Below, in pieces: positions 42,282-57,824 of a stretch of 64,000 bases of DNA (the first letter of the stretch is position 1; each line of letters opens with the position of its first letter). The translations under genes and the position numbers were made by a program. Origin of the DNA: Eledone cirrhosa (lineage: Eukaryota). The stretch spans positions 6,572,001 to 6,636,000 of the forward strand of contig OZ024748.1 in the NCBI GenBank assembly GCA_964016885.1, in the 5' to 3' direction. The notes under the pieces were generated by a model that worked only from the letters and a program-made list of their open reading frames with translations, made no database searches and was not told the DNA's origin.

Positions 42282-42652
42282 GGTTTGTTGGTTCACCACT
42301 GGATAGAATTGGTCATTCCGTATGGTCAATCTTGATGTAATATTATGGAGAGTACTCAACGTAGTGCAGTTCACCCGTCTTCGTTTGTGTAGTTGGTGGT
42401 GCTAATACGGAGTTGATTATTATAAATAAAACAAATCCTTGAAAAGTTTATTATTCTATGATCATTTCAATGACCGGGTTCCGTATGAATCCGGTGAGGG
42501 CGACTGACCGAGGTGAAAGCAGCTAGTTGGTCAGTCGTCCTCTCTGTCTCTGATTTTCGCACCCATGGATTTTTTATATTCCTTTGTTATATTTCGAATA
42601 CCTGATGATATCACCGGATTCATACGGAACCCGGTCATTGAAATGGTTATAT
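42279..42652 (-). mobile_element. Family E element, second copy (5'-inverted)
   Basis: Tail and partial hammerhead on the minus strand (42279-42497). The inverted plus-strand segment has CTGATGA (42602-42608), stem II and GAAA (42640-42643). Homologous to 32991-33460. Confidence 0.8.
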
Positions 42653-42670
42653 TATATACACACACACACA

Positions 42671-42765
<95 letters not shown>

Positions 42766-42808
42766 GAAAACAGGGAGTAAGAGACGATTATGAGGAAGAA
42801 AAATATTT

Positions 42809-42853
<45 letters not shown>

Positions 42854-43570
42854 GGGTTAGAAAATGATTAAAACGAAATGTATTACTTTGTGTGAAGTGT
42901 TAATGTATTAGTTGATTTATTTATTATTTAACAATGGCATTTATTTATCTATTTATATATTTAATTATTGTCTATTACCGGTTTCTGCATTTATATGCAT
43001 TATCAAATGATAGTGAAATGTATTAGTGTGGTGTCGCACATGTTAAACAGAAGGTGCAGAAAGAATAATGTTATATACAAACAAGGTTTAAGAAGTGAAA
43101 AGAAAAAAGAAAAAGGAAAAACAAACGTGCATAATGTGCAACGTAAAAAGTCAATGTGGAAGAAAAGTTAATGTTATTTACAAGCACAGTCATTGAAGTT
43201 AAGCAGTTCAAAATGTGTTAATATCGCAAGAGGGTTTAGTTGAACCATGGTTCCGTGAAGGAGGCAAATGGTATATGTATAAATCTCAAACAAACGTAAT
43301 CCATGAATCTACACTCAACCGTTCTTATCGGATACATTCCACCAACTTACATGAAATATACCCAATACTGTCTTTCCAGACTCTTGAAAACCCCAGTTTC
43401 ATTATGCTATCCGATAAATCGTAGCAGCATAAACTCCCTTGCAACTTTAGTCGTCAGCCTTTTTGAAAAAAATAAAGCCAATGATTGTGCACGTAAAATT
43501 AATGTTACCGTTGATCATATATCATCATGGATTTCTAAGTAACAACGAATACTTATACTTTCTATTATTT

Positions 43571-43954
43571 GGGCAGTATCGGTAGAGGGTCGGACGCCAT
43601 ACTTTGCAGCAAAGAGTTACTTCCCTTTATGGTCTGAGTTCAAATCCCGCCGAGGTTAACTTTGCCTTTCATCCTTACGGGGTCGATAAAATAAAGTACC
43701 AGTAATACACTGGGATAATTGCTGGCCTTGTGCCAAAAGTAGAAACAATTATTTGGCAGAATCAGTAGAGCGTAGGACAATATGCATTGAGTTATACCCC
43801 TTTAAATTCTGAGTTTAAATCTCGATGAGGTTAGCTTTACCGTTCAACCTTACGAGATCGATAAAATAAAGTACCAGTAATGCTCTTGGGTTGATTTAAT
43901 CGACATTCCCCTTCCCTTCAGATTGTTGGTCTTGTGCCTAAATTAGAAACAATT
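43571..43954 (+). mobile_element. Two tandem SINE family 1 copies (young short form 43571-43750; older long form 43754-43954)
   Basis: Both align with 18615-18802. The second carries an extra ~30-bp segment (TTGATTTAATCGAC..CCCTTCAGA). Confidence 0.85.
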
Positions 43955-44566
43955 ATCAAATGTTTTCTTGTCATGCATTTTGATTAATATGTATAATATA
44001 AAGACTCGCTATTATAGGCACAAGACCACACCGATAAGTTAGGAAGTTAAACATAGTGACGTAATCATATTACAAGATTGAAGAGAGGAGACTAGAAAAT
44101 CCCTCCTTTCCAAGAATAACTTAAATCGGAAATTCCCCGTCAAGTATACAACATAAAAATATGATAAAAATAATAGAGATGAACAAACCTAAATTACATT
44201 TATGGTATTATAAAAATTAATTGCTCTTAAAAGCATTTAAACTTGATGTTTGGAGTGGGGGAGGGCTCTTCACCCCGTGCCAATAAAACTACAATTAATA
44301 GTCAATATTGAATATTAAAACACGATAGAAGATATAAATATATAAAATATAAAAAGAATTCTTAATGATAATCTCAATAACTGAACAACAACAGCAACAA
44401 CAACAATATATTCATTAGCTTTGTGATAATATTTGTGTATTATATCGATTTTCTATGAAAAGAAAATATAAATGTCAATTAACAGTGCTTGAAAATATCA
44501 ATGAATATTAATTGAAGATCAATGGGTGAATAGTTAATTAATCAATCAATAATAATAATAGGAAAT

Positions 44567-45440
<874 letters not shown>

Positions 45441-45833
45441 TGTCATGTTTGTGTGTTTGTGCGAATGTGTATAAAATATAGGATTTTATTATTATATGTA
45501 TACACGAGTGCGTCTGAATGTGTGCATCTATATGTATATAACTGTCTAAAATTGTGTTATCTGAGAGCAGATTAACTGCCATTTAGAGGATGTATATGAC
45601 AAATGTGGATGTTGATATGTGCATGTATGTGTGTGTATAGATATTAACGTATACGTGTGGCTCTCTAACGTCTACGAGGAACAGATTAAATCGAAAAGCA
45701 AATAATATTCACGGTGTTACTATTATATGCCGTGTTTATATTCATCCATATAGATATACACACAAATAATTATATAATAATGTATAATTCTATGTCTGTG
45801 CATGTATAGGTATATGTATAAATATAAATACAA

Positions 45834-45884
<51 letters not shown>

Positions 45885-45895
45885 ATATATATATT

Positions 45896-45931
<36 letters not shown>

Positions 45932-48124
45932 GATGTTTCAATAACAATATAAACTCGTATATGTAGGAGTTTATATTGTTACTTAAACATCATCAAACAA
46001 AGATTTCATACAACTTAAACTGAAATTTATTTAGCCATCTGAATAATTTATTGCGATAAATCTCATATTTTGAGCTGTAATAATTCTTTCTTCGCCTATT
46101 TATATCTGTTTTCTCGGATAATAGAGTGGTACGTTCGTGACTACTCTAATATGCTTTCTTGTCATCCAGTTCAAACAAATTGCTATAAAATCAACACCAA
46201 TAAAATTTGAATACTCTGGACTATTCACTCTGGACATCACTTTATGAAAAAATAAAATTAACGTAAGAAGTTAGGCTTAAATACTTATCATTTATTACAT
46301 GACTGTCCATCTAACTTGCTGCTGTTAACTCCCGATAATCTCTCACTACAGAGATACCTACTTACTGTGATTTTAGAGAAACTATAGTACTATGTACGCA
46401 TATTTTTTGTCATGTATAAGTCAGAGGAGAAAAGCAGTGACCATGATCGTTTTGCAGCATATCCGAGAATGTGGGAGAGATCTCTGATAATCCTTATACG
46501 GACTCTTAGTCCGAAATCATATAACATTGTAGGCACCACTTCACAGTCTCAAAGTAAAATGGTCATATGTTGGTATTAAACCAAAGAATAAGTGATTCCA
46601 CCATGAAATATACCTCTAGAAATAAATTAGAAAAACAGAGTTAAAAGATACGTATTTTCAGAAATGAAAAAAAAAGAAAAGGAATTAAAATAAAATAAAA
46701 TAAAATAAAATAAAATAAAATAGAAATGAAAATAAAGGGTAGATCTCATCATCCATTTATTTATAGATTTTGTTTAAAACCGGACAAAGATATAAGAATA
46801 ACAGACATATGGAACAAAATGGCGGTTAGTGTTTTTTCATTTTGTTTTCTCTCCTGATTGCCTGTATGGCGCTAGTGAAATATATTAGCCCAGAGTTAAC
46901 ATTAAACAAGCGTGTGGAAGGGAAATTACAGATAAAAGATTTATGTACTTTGCATGCAACATAAACCATTTGAAACGAGCCTCATCGCAGGTGTAGTTCA
47001 GGAAATCATCACATATTTACGGAGGTAAAAACAACAACGACACAAAACAAATCAAGCGATATAACATATATATATATCCATACATATATATATATATATA
47101 CAATACATCCATATATATACATACACATACATATACCCCCCACCCCCACCCACCCCAAAAAAGAACAGTTTCGTATGGTGTTAGGTTCCTGCCTATTTTA
47201 TTAATTTCTTTCTATGGAAGAAAGTTGCATCTAACTTACCTCATGAATCCTAAACTAGGCGGGTTGAGATGACATCGACCAAGAAGACACAATACATATG
47301 TCACAACAATCTAGGCGGATGTTGAAAGGAATCCACAGGTTGTATTCAAATCACGAGACCTATGTTGGTGGTCAAGCTTGAGAAACCCCCATAAAAATAT
47401 TTAGAAAAAAAAGTATTAACAGAGAAAGAAAACTATCGTTAAAAAGTATACGTACGTGTCTGTGTATGTCTTCCTGTTTGTAAATACCTCACGTAACTCA
47501 TGCCACACACATTGTTCCAGGCCATGTGAGAGGTGAAAATAAAAAACGAAATCCGGATAACAACACAATACTTGTTTAGATCATCACATTTTGATTGATG
47601 AAAATGTCTTATTCACTTATTTTTTATTTGTATATTTATTCAATTAGTTGATGTTAGAATACTCTTCGATGGTTAAGTTCGATCGATAAATCTAAATATT
47701 TCCAATGCGAATCAATTTATTTAAAGCCTGATGATTATCAGAATTTGTTGAATTGTAGCGACTAACTCCTTGTTATGTCCACAGAATGAAGTGAACTCAC
47801 TGTATCAATACAACAAAACGTTCTCCACTTGAACATCATTAATGCTACTTTAAAATGTGAATTATACATGAGATATGAGAAGTGTTTTCAGCCAAGTTTT
47901 CTTGGCTATTTCACAGTTAAATATGTTGACCCAGAATAAGTTGGAGGAATGTTAGAAGGGATACGAACTAATAACATCTCAGTGGTATGTCCAATAGTCT
48001 AATGATTAAGCCGTTATAAATAATTCAAACATTGCATTGAAAAAACATAGGAACCAAAACATGTTTGTTTAATCAAGGTTCACTCACACTCGCTACTCTC
48101 TCTCTCTCTCTCTCTCTCTCTCGC

Positions 48125-48155
<31 letters not shown>

Positions 48156-48537
48156 CACTCTCTCTCTCTCCCTCAATGTTTTCCGTTCACATCTCTCTCC
48201 AACTCTCTCTTTCCATCTCTGCTTCAATCTTTCCACTAATTTCTCACCATATACAAAATGACGAATTCATGGATGTTTGACGAGATGCTCGTGAGAATGG
48301 AAATGACTTAGACGTTCTGTGGTTATATCTGGGAGAAGACTTACATGTCGATACCAGGCAGACTGACCGTAGTTGCATTGCGCCACCACCATCCTCATAC
48401 TAAGAGAAAGGCTCTGATGCTGGATTCCTTCATTATATTTAGGCTGATGATCTCTTCTACATTATTCTGTGACCCTAGAGCCCTTGCTTTCCTTTCTCTT
48501 TATTTTCCGTTTTTAAATATCTGTAGTGCTGTTGTTA

Positions 48538-48626
48538 TTTGCTTTTATCCTTATGGGGTCGATAAAATAAAGTACCAGTAATGCACTGGAATAATTGCTG
48601 GCCTTGTGCGAAAAGTAGAAACAGTT
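48538..48626 (+). mobile_element. SINE family 1, 5'-truncated
   Basis: Matches the consensus 3' half. Confidence 0.85.
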
Positions 48627-48967
48627 ATTTGAAATAGATTCGCACATGATTTTTTATTTATATTAATAAAACGTTTGACAATAAATGAGATTTAAAAAAA
48701 AAAAAAACAGCGACAGCAACAGCAGCAACAACACCAACAGCCACAAGAAAAACAGCAACAACAGAGACAATAATATCAGCAGCAGAAAAGAAGAATCAGA
48801 TTTAAAGTAAATTAAATACCATACTTAACTGGAATTTTATGAAGATTTCACAGCAAGAAGTCAATGTTGTTTTTTGAGTTAAAGACAGAAAAGTTAAACG
48901 TAGAAGGTGGTGGAGATGGTATATTAAATAGATATATGTGGTATATTTGGTGGAGGTAGTGTGGCAA

Positions 48968-49285
48968 GGTTGATGGCTGGAGTGAGTGTAGTATATGGTG
49001 GAAGAGGTTGTGACCATGGTAGATGGTGGTGGTGATGGTGTGGTGTGCAAGAGTAAGACGTTTGTGGTGTGGTATCGCACCGTTGGTGGAGGGGGTTGTA
49101 GTCTAGTTAGATGGAGGTGGTGTGTCAGGGTTGATGGCTGGAGTGTGTGTAGTATATGGTGGAGGAGGTAGTGAACGTGCTAGATGGGGGTGGTGGGATG
49201 TGGAAGGGTGAGACTTTCGTGTTAGACAGAGGTGGTATGTATGGTATCGTTGGCGGTAGTGGTTGTAGTCTTGTTAGATGGAGAT
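48968..49285. repeat. Degenerate tandem duplication (~160 bp, two copies)
   Basis: GGTTGATGGCTGGAGTG(A/T)GTGTAGTATATGGTGGA and GGTTGTAGTCT(A/T)GTTAGATGGAG are each repeated. Confidence 0.75.
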
Positions 49286-49895
49286 GGCGGCGCTTGAACG
49301 GAGTAGTGTGGCGTAGAAGGCTGTGGAGCTGATGGCGACCGTAATTAGATGGAGATAGAGTGGCGTGAATGGATGAGGAGATGAGAGTTGTATTAGACTT
49401 GGCTTGTGTGAGAGCTCTTGCTAGAATTATTATTTATGTCCTAATATTGGCTTCGTGTCACCGTATACTGGGCTTCTGGATAGTATGTTCTCCACATTCC
49501 TGATTATAAACTCATAAACTTCAGTAAACACAGAAGAACGTAAAATAAAAATAAATAATGATAATAATAATGCTAATAATAATAATGATAATAGCGAATA
49601 AAGAATTTTTAAAAATAAAATGAATATAAATAAGCTGCAAATATTAAAATGTTTTCGGTATATTTTTTATCCATTCGTTATCAGTTTCTCAAATTTCCTA
49701 TCATTATTATTTTGTATTAATATAACTTTACGGATGCATGATGTGAACTCTGTCCTATGCAAACAAAATTCAAAGTCCCCCTCTTCACATTCACATCCAC
49801 AATTATCGTTGTCTTTCTAGGTAAATTAAAGAGGTTGTTTATCATGGCCTTCACCTGGATGAGTTCAGATTATTTTACTAGTATAATTGACCTTC

Positions 49896-49974
<79 letters not shown>

Positions 49975-49975
49975 G

Positions 49976-50148
49976 ATGACTCGGGAGTGCAATGGCTGAG
50001 CTCTTGCCTTCTGGAACTAACCGTTGAAACGCCAAGAGCTCAGCAGTCGAAGTCCCGACTCTTTATAATATAACCAGGCTCTACTACCCCAAGTATCATC
50101 TACCCCGTTGAGTAATGGTTTAACCAGTTTCAAACTGAATACATCCTG
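49976..50148 (+). mobile_element. Diverged family C-like fold-back element
   Basis: Inverted arms TCGGGA..GCTGAGCTCTTG / CAAGAGCTCAGC..TCCCGA. GAAAC..GAGCTC..GTC resembles the family C half-hammerhead. CTCTACTACCCCAAGTAT resembles the family C tail. Lies between (TA)n tracts. Confidence 0.5.
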
Positions 50149-50178
50149 ATTTATGTATATATATATATATATATAATT

Positions 50179-50325
50179 AATTATTTCTACTTTTGGCACA
50201 AGGCCAGCAATTATCCCAGTGTATTACTGGTACTTTTATCGACCCCGTAAGGATGAAAGGCAAAGTCAACCTCGGCGGGATTTGAACTCAGATCGTAAAG
50301 GGACGTAACTATGCTGGAAAGCATG
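50179..50325 (-). mobile_element. SINE family 1, 5'-truncated
   Basis: Near-identical to the reverse complement of 18653-18802. Confidence 0.85.
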
Positions 50326-50782
50326 ATATAATTAATACGAGCTTACCAGTAAGCATTTACCACATAGGTGATTATATACACATATACATATATATATCTG
50401 AAAGCATTGTATCTTAAAATGTTAATTCTAACTCAAATATTCATTTATGTGAATGTGGGCCGGATTCATTTGTAAATTATTTTTTCCATAATAAGCTGAC
50501 TTGAGAAATGATCAGGTAATTAATTAATTTATTTACCGCTCAGTGTTATTATTTTCTATATATTTTAATTAGTATTGCATTATTTAATTAGTGAAAGTTC
50601 AATTTAAATGCAAATTAACATCTTATTCCTTGTCTTTGCTTTATATAAAATACAATTTCTCAAATATGTATGATTTCAAAGTTACAAAATTTTGATTATA
50701 AATATTGGTAACAATAAAGAACGGACAGATATCTTAATCCTCTGTTAAGCTTGTTATCTGAATTACTATGTGGATAGAGTAT

Positions 50783-51050
50783 AGCTGAATGTTTAGGGAG
50801 CTCGCATCGCAATAATTACGACCTGGGTTCAATCCCATCTTACTTCAGTAGCATTTACCTTGGGTCAAGACATGTATGTGAATGAAGCTGAGCAGGCAGA
50901 GGCTCTTTGGAAGCTCATCGGATGGACAGTGTCTGCAATTTAAAGGACCAGCCTTGTTAAACAACGTCTCATGCTGAATCTCACAGAGAGAATGTCGTTA
51001 AGGGTGCACGTGTCTGTGGAATAGTCAGCTACTTACACGATGATTTCATG
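50783..51050 (+). mobile_element. Degenerate tRNA-headed SINE-like repeat
   Basis: B-box-like GGGTTCAATCCC preceded by a decayed A box. Boundaries approximate. Confidence 0.35.
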
Positions 51051-54000
51051 AGGAGTTTGTTACGTAGAAATAGTAGCAAGCAGTAATAGTAGTGATAGCA
51101 GCAACATCACCTGCAGGTATGCAACAATCGTAATAACAGTAGGATTAGGATCATCATCATAACCCCCCCCTCCTCCTCTTCATCATCATCATTATCATCA
51201 TCAGTAGTAAGTATTCCAAACTTAAATTTTCGATTCCCCAATTCAATAAAGTTTCTATTCTTTTCCATCATTCCACACATATTTTTCTTTAATATAAATG
51301 TAACATTTTGAAAAGCAATATTAAAATTGCTATAAATAATGAACATAACAGCGATAACAATGAAAATATATATTAATAAACCTAATATAGAATTTATAAT
51401 CATTTTAGACCGGTGACAAGGAACCCCAGTCAACGACACAGCGTCTAAGTTCCCGTTCGACTTCCTAGAAATAGTAGCAACATTTCTCTCAAATAACACC
51501 TCGTGGTATTAGAAAATGATTATTTGAATAACGAATAACGTATCTGTGAGTTTCTTTGACGTGGGAAAACGACGGGATGGTAAAAAATGGAAGGATTTTG
51601 CTCACAGGTCTTCTGAATCAAGGATGACCTGTGATCATATCAACTATAAATCTTCAAGAGAGCTTTCATGTGGCCAATCGTTCTTTTAGAATTATTTAAC
51701 ACAATTTCTCAAACACACCTCACTGTCATATAGAACGCAGAGCCGGAATAAAATGCTGCAGTCTAAGGAAACTTCTAAGGACTCTACTAATTTACCGCCT
51801 ATAAGTTGACTTTGGCATAGTTTGAACATTTGGATTTAGAATGTAAAGGACTAGAACAAAAAACACAAATCAATTTGTTTACGGCTCTAGCAATTCTGTT
51901 AAAACACCACCCACAATAATATTAATGTAAAGAAGTTCACTAGAGGTGGTGAATAAAATAAATTTCATTATTCATTTTTTTTATAATTCATTCGTTTTGT
52001 CATTGTTTTGTATTTCAAATATTTCTCATTGTAACTTTTGCTCATATTACTGTGTATATTATAGCAGAGCCTCTACATAACGATAATGATGATGATGATG
52101 GTGATGATGCGAAGGAAGGAGGAGGTGGATGGAGATGACAACAAGGATAATATTGCTTTGGCTCCCTCGGTAAAATATTTCAAAAATTTTTATTAAATTT
52201 TGATTAAAATTTATCCCGTTGCTCTAAGACAGCAGTAGAAATTCCAGAGACTATAAAGACAAATATGTTTTTTTTTTTTCATTTCTACATAACATAATCA
52301 GAATTGAAAGTATTCGTGATATGTAAGGTACTGGTGGGGAAAGTTGTAACCACAGATGAAGAGGAAAGATGAGTCGGATTTTCGGGTTCTTTTTTTTCAA
52401 AACCTAGATTTATCGAAATTTCAGGCCCCAAATCCAAAAATGTTTTAAACTTACAACTCCAAACTCCTATTTACCAATATCATTTTATCTCTTAGTGTGG
52501 GAAGAATCGGCTACCCCATGTGGACTCCACCATTGACTCATGTGTTTGTCTCAGGTTAGATCTGATCTAGTAGACTGTTGATCAAAGGTATTCTAGCCGT
52601 GGCCACCCTGCCTTTTGTATTTATTTGCAAGGAGCTCAGGACCATATTATCCAATGTATCCTTTTCTATGTGATTTGAGAGTGTTTGACTGCTATTTCTC
52701 CCAGGTCAAGCAACATCCTAGATGCTGTAACATTAACTGGCGTAACATGGTTAATTTTATTAGTTAACCCCCGTTAAATGCTAATCGAGCATAAATAATA
52801 TTAAGTATATTCTATCCGTGACTATCACGTCTTCTAAGAGTACATAGGACTACATTATATATATGTATACATTAATTCAAGAAGAGGGGTGTAATTTGAA
52901 ATTAATTTAGCTGTTACTTTCAGCAGGTCAAACAATAGAAAAGGTAGTTCTGATGACGGTGGCGTTAGTAGTGTTGTTTATTTTTAGTATTTTAAATTAT
53001 GTGTGCTAAGGTTGCCTTTAAACTCAGGTCTGTTCTCATAGTTAAGTTGAGACGGTTTAACTCTTAACATACATAAATGATTTAACAGAACATTTTTTTT
53101 TAAAAACGGCTTTGTTAATTCACATGTTTATAATATCTGTACAAGCAAACAGATCGTTGTTAAAAATTGCTGTATTAGGGTAGAACATTTTCATATTGAA
53201 TTTAATGCATTTACTGTATTTTTTTGTACATTCAAGAATATTTTCCTAAAGTGGTTTCGTGTGGTACGGCACATTAAGAGTTAAACACTTCTTTTGAAAT
53301 GCTTTAAGAGAGAATTAATAATCGGGAGCAATTTTCAAATTTTACTACCTCGTGAGCAACATTAAAACAACAACAACAACAACAGTTTGAGCAATAACAC
53401 TAGTTTTAACAACAATTTTAACAACAATAACAGCAACAAGTACCATAATTGGTATGAGTGAAATTGAACTAAAAGTAATGAACCGACTTCCTTCCCCTGT
53501 GCTTCCTACATCTTTTAGAGTCAATGGACAACTTCCCCACTTTGGCTCTTCAGACAGTCTATTGCATGTCTAATAGTGTACGATACCCCAGGGAGACATT
53601 TTCTCCCTCACAACAGTTATCTTTCCTTTATCACTTTCAACTAGTTTTAAGTCTCGCGAGCGTCGTAAACACTCACGTCGTATTTCGTAGGAAAAGTTTA
53701 ATGGAATATCTTTGTACACAAAGTGAGAAGGAATAAATTGATTGGCCGACTGTTTGGTAGTAGACTTATCACCCCCCCCCCCCCCCACACACACACACAC
53801 TGATACACCTCCACCCACTAACAGTAATACATCACATAAACACACACAAGTCATACATACAAATACGAAAAGGTACACATCAAAAGCACACACACCACAA
53901 CACACTCACACACACACGCACAAGCGCTCCTTACATACGCTCTCACATTTTAACACATTTTCATGCACGCTCTCTCACACACAAATAGAAACAGTAATAC

Positions 54001-54500
54001 ATCACAAAAAACACATATATTCATATAAAGTAACTTGTATACAAACGGCCTATGTCACACATACACACGCACGTATAAACTTTAGAAAGATTCATTTAAT
54101 TTAAAAGAGTTCTGTTATATATTTCTCTGGAACGTAAAAGGAAAATATTTAACACGACGCTGGTGATGAAAGGAAGTTTTCTAGAAAGACTGACAATTTC
54201 CTGGATCCCATGTGTATGAAGGAAAGCGCACGCGAGACTGACTAATGGAAACTGTTCAAAGACGTTCTTAAATAGAATATAAATAAGTACAAGTGGAAAT
54301 CTTTGGTAAATAACTGACACAAGTGGAGATGGATCATTTATAATGTGGCCCCATATTGCGACAGAAGATATGATAAATTTCAAAACAATAGACGTGGACA
54401 TAGAAAGCAACGTGAAATGACCAACACAACACCCTTTTTTATCATTTATCTTATATAATATGAAATGTATGGAACGTTTTCTAACGTCCACTCTTTTCTC

Positions 54501-54541
<41 letters not shown>

Positions 54542-54665
54542 AGCAAGTATTGCACCAAGAAAAATAAAACGTCGCCGTGAAGAGTTTATGAATTTATTTG
54601 CTTTGACATACGTTTAGGTTTTAGTAATTATTATTATTACTATATATATATATATATGTATACAT

Positions 54666-54827
54666 ATTAGCTGTTGGTCAATCTAGGATACAATTTGATT
54701 GCCAGCTAAATTAACTAAAGGGATATAAGATATACGGAAACGAAAACCAACTAAAACCAAACAGTGAGTGTGTTTTGTTAATATTTCGGCCAATACTATA
54801 ACGATTTGACGCTCCCCAAATCTAACA
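54666..54827 (+). mobile_element. Family G partial copy
   Basis: ..AACCAAACAGTGAGTGTGTTTTGTTAATATT..TGACGCTCCCCAAATCTAACA aligns with the reverse complement of 58393-58550. Confidence 0.6.
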
Positions 54828-54839
54828 ATATATATATAG

Positions 54840-54949
54840 TCTGAGTTCAAATCCCGCCGAGGTTGACTTTGCCTTTCATCCTTACGGGGTCGATAAAATA
54901 AAGTACCAGTAATGAACTGGGTAATTGCTGGCCTTGTGCCTAAAGTAGA

Positions 54950-54954
<5 letters not shown>
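54840..54954 (+). mobile_element. SINE family 1, 5'-truncated
   Basis: Runs from CTGAGTTCAAATCCC to GTAGAAACAA. Confidence 0.85.
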
Positions 54955-54981
<27 letters not shown>

Positions 54982-55612
54982 CTAAATATATTGTAATTTG
55001 CCCTAGATTTTGTACTGTAATATGTGCACTATCATTACACCAGTTGTATGGTAATATCTATAAAATATTGAAGCCATTTCAATAATCAGACCTTATTTTT
55101 CCCAAATGAAGCGATTAATAGAAACAGTGGACATTACATCGAAACCAATCTACATGAATTTCGATCAGAAATTATACATAAGTTATATTTCTCATTGATC
55201 AATTCATCTAAAACTGCCTTCTGTCTCTCTGAATACATAATACATCTAACCACACTTATCTCCCCTGTCATCCTAATCCCAGCCATCTTAACACAGCTTA
55301 TACAATAAATATAGATTTCCTTCCCCTTCATACCGAATTACACGTGATCAGAATAATACCAGTACATTTCTAGGTATTGCTTCTATACATGTACACAAAA
55401 TTGTCTCTTTTCTCTAGGACGACAATACGACCATGACTGACGCAGAATTGTTAATTAGCATTTATTGATATTTATTTGCCTGCGTCTTCATCTTTTGTCC
55501 ACTTTCGCAACTTCTAGACCAGTAGAAAATATCGTTCCATGTTGGATAAAGAAGGTGTGAAAAAACAAAAATAAGAATATTTCCAGTGTTTGGTGTTAAA
55601 AACCTAAAATAT

Positions 55613-55790
55613 AACATACACAGTTATAGTTATAGACTCAAGAAACCTTTAAAAAAGGCAACATACACAGTTATACACTCAAGAAATCTTTAAAAAAGGG
55701 TTTACATATTCTGTTGCAATATCCTTTCAAATATGTTGCAATATCCTTTCAATATCCTTTCAAATATGTTGCAATATCCTTTCAAATATG
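55613..55790. repeat. Short tandem duplications
   Basis: AACATACACAGTTATA..CTCAAGAAA.CTTTAAAAAAGG twice, then TGTTGCAATATCCTTTCAA three times. Confidence 0.85.
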
Positions 55791-57713
55791 CTTCCGTTGC
55801 GTGCGAAGTTGAGCAGATGTTATCAACTATTGCCGTGGGTTAATCCAAGCCTTGTGAATGAAATTCGGTATATTTATGTAGAGGCCCAATTCATACATAT
55901 GACTGAATCTCTCTCACTCTCTCTCCCTATATATATATATGTATGTATGTAAAAGGTAAACAGAAATAACAACACAATCAGTACAGTATATGGAAGGAAT
56001 ATATTAGGTTAAATGTCAGATCGTTCTTCAGCTCTACTTAGTAACATGTAACTAATACAACCTGTGCATGGTCATGTCATCAGCGGCTAAACCGGCAGCC
56101 CTACCAAATTTGCTTGGTGAGGAAGGTGATTTGGACACCCTGCAGGAAGAGACAACGGCCATCCAATAAAGTTATTATTATTTTTTTTTTGTGGAGCGAG
56201 AGACCCCTAATCTTTAGGAGAAGATCACTCTGATATAAAAACCGACTTCGTTTCCATCCAATGATGTAGACCAGTTCTTTTTGAGCAAATGCATTCGATG
56301 TTCAGAGAGTGGGATTGGCCCCATGCAAAGCATTTCCTCACTTAAAAAAGCTTCAAACACAGACATCGTTTGATATGTGGCATATTTTGCGATGCATGGT
56401 ATTGCTGACCATAGGCAAGTCCCTAGCAGGATTAAAATGTTCAATGCTTTGTGAATTAATTTTGGCAGATATAAAGTATGTTTCGATTTCTTATATCCTA
56501 TTTGTGTACGTGAATATGAGCCTATGTGTGGTTATATTCATGTTTGTATGTATGTTTAGGTATTATGAAATCATACAAGGGAGTAAGAGTCAAAATATAT
56601 ACAGAGATACGTAATGATTTCTTAAACATACTTTCACCAACAGCTTACCAAGTCACATATTCCGCACCACGTAAAGTTAGAAAATCTATTAATAAAATAA
56701 GAAAACTCACTCTACCCGAAATAAATTTATAGCTACGTGTGTATGAACAAGGGAAACATGCATGAAGTATGATACTGGCTGTGCGAGAACACTTGTGTAT
56801 GTATATCTATTACAGCTGTTGTTAGGGACATAAAGAAGGTTGGTTGAGGGTCCACACGTAGATGTAAATATCAAATGAAAACGAAATATGTTGAAGGACG
56901 TGCGATATATAAAACGTTACTCACATTATACTCTCTCATAGACAAAATACCCAAATATATGCAGATATAGTCACAGACACTGACAACAGAGTCTTTCATT
57001 TACATATATGTATGTAGAGGGGAAAACTTACATATTTGACGAATGATATAAGCTTGCGTGGGCATATTTGAATATTTCGTGTATTTAATTTATTACTACC
57101 TGATTTATTCCAGACAAACTGTTGACCCAGACGTGTATAAACAGAGACCGAAGATGAATCAGCTCCTGAATTTCTGTTCAATATGATAAGCCGTGTCACA
57201 ATTAAAACAGCATTATACACCACACACAATAACATTCGAAATGCTACAGATTTTTTTTATATCGACTCACGAATACTCTGCAGCGTCAATTCTTGAAGAG
57301 CCTTGTTTAGAGAATGCTTTATATAAAAACATAAACTTACATACCTGTCTTGCGAATGACCTCGACCTCAACCACGACGTTATATTTTATTTTACGATTT
57401 TAATTTCTACCTATAAATAAATAATAACTTTTCTATCTTAAATATAGAGAATACTATTCAATCTAACTATTTTTCTTACATTTTCACACGATTTTCTTCC
57501 TGTCTCAGTCTAATCATTCTCGGTTCCTCGCTGTGTATTTCATTCTACCATTTAGCTCACTTCCTATTTCTCATCCAAAAACATTGATTTCCATAAAAAT
57601 ACTACGACCTTTTTAGTTAGAAAGCGAACTTCATATCTATTTAATCATGTAAGATACACCAGAATCATAGCCGTGATATCTAAAACAAACTAATGGATTA
57701 CTTCACAGCATTA

Positions 57714-57824
57714 TCAAATCCCGCCGAGGTTAACTTTGCCTTTCATCCTTGCGGGGTCGATAAAAATAAAGTACAAGTAATGTACTGGGTAATTGCTGGC
57801 CTTGTGCCAAAAGTAGAAACAATT
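57714..57824 (+). mobile_element. SINE family 1, 5'-truncated
   Basis: Runs from TCAAATCCCGCCGAGG to GTAGAAACAATT. Confidence 0.85.

Noticed and set aside
56005-56095. Minus-strand CTGAAGA and CTGATGA motifs
   Set aside because: No correctly placed GAAA or stems.
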